Part shown: one piece after another, positions 61,831 to 64,000 of the stretch
Numbering within the stretch: position 1 is the stretch's first letter
Layout: every line of letters begins with the position of its first letter
Assembly (NCBI GenBank): GCA_002269645.1
Contig: NIVC01000618.1
Location: 62,001 to 126,000, forward strand
Length of the DNA stretch: 64,000 nt
Source: Macrostomum lignano
Lineage: Eukaryota
Reading direction: 5' to 3'
Made by a program: the position numbers and the translations under genes
Notes under the pieces: generated by a model
Database searches by the model: none
Told to the model about the DNA's origin: nothing
Seen by the model: the letters and a program-made list of their open reading frames with translations, nothing else

Positions 61831-63065
61831 ATAATTCTACAATTATATCAAACTTATTTATTCTAAAAAAGTAGAAAACTTCTTTTGTTTCCAATTGGCC
61901 CTCATCAAAAGAAAGTTGCAAGACCAGTCAGCTTCATTTTATTCTGGTGGGAGGGGCCCAATTTATTCATTGGAAATAAAGAAAGTAGGCGGACAAAAAT
62001 AATTCGACACCGATAACTCCGATCCCCCCAAGAGGATTAAAGAGGCTGCGATGGGATGGGGTTCCAAGCACCGGCGCCTCCCCTCCCACGGGATCGGCAC
62101 ACTGTGGGAACTATATTGCTCCCGAATAGGACAGCTCTGGTCCGCTCTCTTTGGAGAAGACGAGAGCGGAGGCAGAAAGTTGCAGACGGAAGAAGACCGA
62201 GGCAAAGGCGAATGCGAAGACGGGGAGCTGGACAAGATGGACCGGAGAGAGCGGAGAGAGCGAGTGTGCGAGCTGGGAGAAACTAGGAAGAAATCCCCGA
62301 GTTGCGAGTTCGCTGAGCACTCTCTCTCTCTCTCTCTCTCTCTCCCTCTCCCTTCCCAATCTGTCTCTGCATCTCTCAGCCTAAGCCCGAGAGCCCGAAC
62401 TGCCTCCATAAGCCTGATGCAAACTCGCATCACGCAAGGCGGCCGGCACTGACAAGGGCGCATATAGGGCATATAAGTATGAGTCCAAATATGGAATCCA
62501 ACTCAGGGGGGATGCTGACATCAAGCAGATTAAACCGTTCCCCACATCTCAAACCAAATCAAAGTCTATAATAGCAATTGGAAAATTATCAGTTCTAACA
62601 GATACTCGTAAATCTGTCAGATGAGTGTTGAGCAGCCAATCTCGCCGCACTACCATATAAGGCAAAGGAAAATAGTTGCCAAAAGCAATACTTGCCCAAC
62701 AGGCTAAAAATAGATTCGACTTCACAATGGGACACGCCAGATCGATAGAGAATCCAAGCCATTCACACTTAGTCCAGGCGCTTTCCTCTCTGCATGGGCA
62801 TCCAGCAGCCGCCCACGCTGCCTTCATCTCCGCCATTAACCCTCCCCTCAACCTCAAGCATCGTCTCTTCATCTCCATTCTGTTTGCAATTTCTTTTTCT
62901 CACTTCTTAACGGCCACCTAGAGTAGCGCGAGGTTAACCTGGACTAGAGGGCTAAAATCGATGGACTGCATACTCACATATGGGGCTATTTTTGGCTGCG
63001 GATTTATTTATAGACTGTCCGAATTGGACAGGTTGAGGACAGGCCACGCCGATGGATTGCTGATC

Positions 63066-63540
63066 TATGTGGATTGCTAATCTATCTATGTGGATTGCTA
63101 ATCTATCTGTGTGGATTGCTAATCTGTCTATGTGGATTGCTAATCTATCAATGAGGATTCCTAATCTATCAATGAGGATTGCTAATCTATCTGTGTGGAT
63201 TGCTAATCTATCTGTGTGGATTGCTAATCTATCTGTGTGGATTGCTAATCTATCTATGAGGATTGCTAATCTATCTGTGAGGATTGCTAATCTATCTGTG
63301 TGGATTGCTAATCTATCTGTGTGGATTGCTAATCTATCTGTGTGGATTGCTAATTTATCTATGAGGATTGCTAATCTATCTATGAGGATTGCTAATCTAT
63401 CTATGTGGATTGCTAATCTATCTATGAGGATTGCTAATCTATCTATGCGGGTTGCTAATTTATCTATGTGGATTGCTAATCTATCAATGCAGATTGTTAA
63501 TCTATGTGGGTTGCTAATCTATCTGTGTAGATTGCTAATC
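63066..63540. repeat. 21-bp minisatellite (tgtggattgctaatctatctg)
   Basis: Direct tandem periodicity. Confidence 0.95.
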
Positions 63541-64000
63541 TACAAGATGCATGTATCTAACCTAATTAAAGTACACAGGCTCATTCAGTATGCTTAAAAT
63601 TCAGTAGTAATTTTGTGTTTCCCAGAAAAACTATTCAGCTCAGCGAACCCCCCCCCCCTTCCCAGTCCCGCGTGGCCCAATCGCGAGAGCCAATCCAGTA
63701 AATGGACCCGAGCGCCGCTCTGCCTGTCGGCTTCAGAGCGCTCCAAGGAATTTTTCAATCGCTTGATGGCTGATTTCCTCATTTGTTAATTAGTTCAAAA
63801 TTGCGGACTAAGTAAAAAACAAATTAGCAATATGCGGCGCCTATTGATGCGTTGGTAATTATATTGATAAATAAAAGGTTAGTAACCCAATGGAAATGAG
63901 TTTAACAGAGAATAAAGTAAACAAGTCTTTGTGGACCAAGTACTTTTTAAAGAGATAGTGATAGATTAACAATACCAACAGATAGATTAGCAACCCCCAT

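Noticed and set aside
61963-62921. Several overlapping ORFs around a (CT)n tract
   Set aside because: Low complexity, no domain motifs, and not joinable in frame to endophilin BAR sequence.
63594-63782. Minus-strand ORF as an upstream endophilin exon
   Set aside because: No resemblance to N-BAR helices and no convincing splice pair.

Overview
This is eukaryotic (metazoan) genomic DNA, not prokaryotic. It has GC3-rich spliceosomal exons, introns filled with private minisatellites, and AT-rich transposon islands. The style resembles a free-living flatworm such as Macrostomum, but that is inference only. Host genes, all on the minus strand: (1) a divergent Ig + FN3 protein gene (exons 19543 to 588) whose 3' exon block lies in a near-identical ~9.03 kb tandem duplication (1-8938 / 8939-18044); (2) a compact ~80 aa ORF next to a plus-strand tRNA-Asn(GTT); (3) an RNF216/TRIAD3-like RBR E3 ligase; (4) a complete 3-exon eIF3i; (5) the 3' exons of endophilin A. 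Mobile DNA: a Sola-like element with a 4-bp TSD, an 8-bp-TSD MITE, an intron-containing Crypton-type tyrosine recombinase remnant amid hairpins, two CCCG...CGGG CACTA/CMC-like elements, two Gypsy pol fragments, hAT-like and Harbinger-like MITEs, and an RTE-type LINE fragment. Most long ORFs in the supplied track are artefacts of minisatellites. No CRISPR array or rRNA was found. All calls come from manual reading; no database searches were run.
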